A stretch of 39,995 bases of DNA from positions 1-39,995 of the forward strand of contig CAZYLA010000001.1 in the NCBI GenBank assembly GCA_964648435.1, read 5' to 3'. The notes below the pieces were generated by a model that did no database searches, was not told where the DNA came from, and saw only the letters and a program-made list of their open reading frames with translations. The DNA is from an uncultured Candidatus Saccharibacteria bacterium (lineage in GTDB: Bacteria > Patescibacteriota > Andersenbacteria > CAZYLA01). Below, piece after piece: positions 37,923 to 39,995 of this stretch (the stretch's first letter is position 1; each line of letters opens with the position of its first letter). The position numbers were made by a program, and so were the translations under genes.

Positions 37923-39995
37923 TTATTGTTCAATCTCTATCTCCAACACTTTCCCATCATCTAATAAATACATTTTATCTTCTTTGTTGTTTACAAAGAT
38001 ATCGCGCAAGTTGCTCGCGCCCTCAATTATGTATTGATTTTTAAGATTACCAACAGTGTCTAAAACAACCACGCGTTTCCCTTTTGGTTCTAAGATATAC
38101 ATATGTTTAATGTTTTCGTTCAAAAAGAGACGCGTTGGGTTTTTAAGTGGATCGCTCAGATTCGGCATATTAAATTCTTTTTTCTTGCCTTTTAAGTATT
38201 TCTCAATCCGTCCATCATCAAAAAGAAAATAAACATAGCCATCAATTGCAAGATCTTTGACTTTGCTTATATCAACATCTTCCTTTAGCCAGTTGTATCC
38301 TTCAATATATCCACTTAAAGTTTTGGCAAAAGAAAGAAGCTCATTATTTTTCTTATCCAAGAGATAAAGCCGGTTGCTGAAAAGGGCGAGCGAGACAATC
38401 TCGCGTTCTTTCTCGCCGAAGTCAATTTCAAGCGGTAAGAGGTCATTATTTTTGGTGTCTAAAAGAGCTAGTCCTGGCGAGTCAGTAAAGAAGAGAATCA
38501 TTTTGTCAGCTGGTAGAGCCAGTGCGGCTTTAAAGTAACCAATGCCTGATGAGGTTTGAGAAACAGTTTCAAATTCTTTGTTTTCAGTGTCAAACCGGTA
38601 AATAGCGTTATTCGTGGGGTTAAAAGTATAAATTTTGCTATTCAAGACCGCAATGTAGCTAAAATCAATTCCTGGAAAGTTCTCTGAAAAATTACCCAAG
38701 ACATTTGGCTCAGATATCCTGACAACATGGTTAACAAGATCTTGTTTTTCCTGAACTTTTTCAGAAAGTTTTTCAATTTCTTCCTTGAAGCGTTCTGCTT
38801 TGGTTGCTTCTTCTAGATAAGAGGAGGCCTCGTTCAGGAGATTTCGTGCTTTTTCCTCATCATCGTAGATAAGGGCGGTTTCTGCTTTTTCAAGTTTCGA
38901 TTCTGATAAGCTCATCAAATCTATTACCCGGGATTCCTCGGCTTCACTTTTTTTCTTGTGGAAGAGAAGAGCCAAACTTACAGCAAAAAGAATTGCCAAA
39001 ACAAGCGAGGTTAAAAGAAAAATCTTTGATGAAGGCGGGACTTTTTTCCAAAAACCAAGTAAAACCAGTTTTAGGGGCCTTTTCTCTTTTTCTTCTTTAA
39101 TAAAAATTTCATGTGGCCCGATTTTCGGTGGCGGCGGAGCAGCGCCTTCAATAATTTTTTCCTCTGGGGACTTTTCTGGCTTTACCTCTTTAAGTTTCTT
39201 TTTCCGCGATTTGATTTTAATGATGAGCACTTTAACGCCCAAAGCAATTTCTTGAGAGGCAAATTTTATTCCTTTGAAGAAAAGGCGCAGGGCTTTTAAA
39301 AGAAGCAATCCTAAAAGAGAAAGAACAGTTAAAAATATATTTTTCGGTTCTAGTTTTTCGCTAACTTCTTCAGGAGTAAGCTTTGGTTTTCTAAGAGGTG
39401 TTTTGGTGACAGGGACTTTAACTGGAGTAGGGGCTTCTCCTTTTCCTTCTTCAATTTCAATAATAAGAGTGCCTAGATTAACATTTCCAACGCCTGATTT
39501 ATCAATTAGTTCCTGAAGCGAGGAAGTAGCTTCACGCGGCTTCTTCCGGCCAACTATCCGGTGGATTCTTTCTTCTGGCAGAATTTCAAAAAGAGAAGGG
39601 GTTGAAAATATAAATTTATCACCTTGCAAGATCTCGCCACTAGTTAGGTCAGTAAAAGTTTTAAGAGGATTTGTAGCCGCAAGAGATGAAGCAAGGTCAA
39701 TAGAAATTTCTGTTGCCTGGCCGTTTCTAATTAAAAAAGCCCGCGCCTTGCCAGTTGCTGTTAAATGAATTTCGTTTCCTCTTTGGGCAGCAATGATAGC
39801 GTGGAGATTGCCAATCCAACTAACATTTCCTTTTTCTGCTAGCGACGCAAGAGCTTCGTTTGTTTTGTGGGAGGCAGCTTTAAAACTTTCAAAAATATCC
39901 CGGTCTTCTTCCCGGTAATACTCATTTCTAAAAGTAGTGATTAAGGTTTCAATAACAGGCGCGGCTAAGGCAGTATTGTCGCTTACTTCAACGGT
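37923..39995 (-). CDS. Large membrane protein, 5'-partial: PP2C/SpoIIE-like phosphatase-type N-terminal region, TM segments, coiled coil, beta-propeller-like C-terminus
   Basis: The frame stays open upstream of the track start (TTG 39629) to the window edge. Hand translation gives ...GNLHAIIAAQRGNEIHLTATGKARAFLIRNGQATEISID...LTSGEILQGDKFIFSTPSLFEIL, which resembles PPM-type phosphatase blocks. Confidence 0.6.
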   Translation of the reverse strand, partial: TVEVSDNTALAAPVIETLITTFRNEYYREEDRDIFESFKAASHKTNEALASLAEKGNVSWIGNLHAIIAAQRGNEIHLTATGKARAFLIRNGQATEISIDLASSLAATNPLKTFTDLTSGEILQGDKFIFSTPSLFEILPEERIHRIVGRKKPREATSSLQELIDKSGVGNVNLGTLIIEIEEGKGEAPTPVKVPVTKTPLRKPKLTPEEVSEKLEPKNIFLTVLSLLGLLLLKALRLFFKGIKFASQEIALGVKVLIIKIKSRKKKLKEVKPEKSPEEKIIEGAAPPPPKIGPHEIFIKEEKEKRPLKLVLLGFWKKVPPSSKIFLLTSLVLAILFAVSLALLFHKKKSEAEESRVIDLMSLSESKLEKAETALIYDDEEKARNLLNEASSYLEEATKAERFKEEIEKLSEKVQEKQDLVNHVVRISEPNVLGNFSENFPGIDFSYIAVLNSKIYTFNPTNNAIYRFDTENKEFETVSQTSSGIGYFKAALALPADKMILFFTDSPGLALLDTKNNDLLPLEIDFGEKEREIVSLALFSNRLYLLDKKNNELLSFAKTLSGYIEGYNWLKEDVDISKVKDLAIDGYVYFLFDDGRIEKYLKGKKKEFNMPNLSDPLKNPTRLFLNENIKHMYILEPKGKRVVVLDTVGNLKNQYIIEGASNLRDIFVNNKEDKMYLLDDGKVLEIEIEQ

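Overview
Low-GC, gene-dense bacterial segment. Coding blocks look about 35-40 % G+C by eye and one hand-counted intergenic block is 25 %. Gene content and protein style suggest a Candidate Phyla Radiation / Patescibacteria-type genome: a ThrRS without the TGS domain, a short EF-Ts, many single-pass membrane proteins, membrane-anchored SNase nucleases and a sortase. This placement is an inference; no search was possible. I support about 38 protein genes. They include thrS, dnaE, an FtsW/RodA-family gene, rplY, prmC, prfA, rpmE, rpsB, tsf, a PSP1/RicT-like gene, rpmG (GTG start, absent from the ORF track), uppS, a yjbQ-family gene, pcm, mltG, rplJ and rplL. There is also a sortase, a GH1 / EamA / GH-A / ROK sugar-scavenging cluster, two SNase paralogues, and a partial PP2C-like surface protein running off the right edge. 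Four canonical tRNAs are present: Tyr-GUA, Thr-GGU, Thr-UGU and Trp-CCA. No rRNA, CRISPR array, transposase or integrase was seen. The unusual material is mostly non-coding or orphan. (1) In a mosaic tRNA locus (21231-22041), an intact tRNA-Thr(UGU) is nested in a 16-bp leader/trailer helix inside a second, broken tRNA-like gene, with further tRNA end fragments and att-like duplications around it. (2) A compositionally foreign orphan gene (16839-17381, roughly 53-62 % G+C in hand-counted blocks) has its own near-consensus promoter, strong SD and terminator, and is wedged between rpmE and rpsB. (3) A dispersed ~75-nt conserved element occurs three times, each co-oriented with and 54-70 nt upstream of a start codon (FtsW/RodA-family gene, rplY, prmC). 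(4) A family of small GC-rich palindromes shares the termini CCCGCACC...GGTGCGGG; one copy is an exact 13-codon in-frame insertion in prmC. (5) A DUF5678-like / retropepsin-like two-gene cassette is bracketed by phased TTACGTAA arrays. All calls rest on reading the sequence and remembered family motifs. No database search, HMM or folding program was run.
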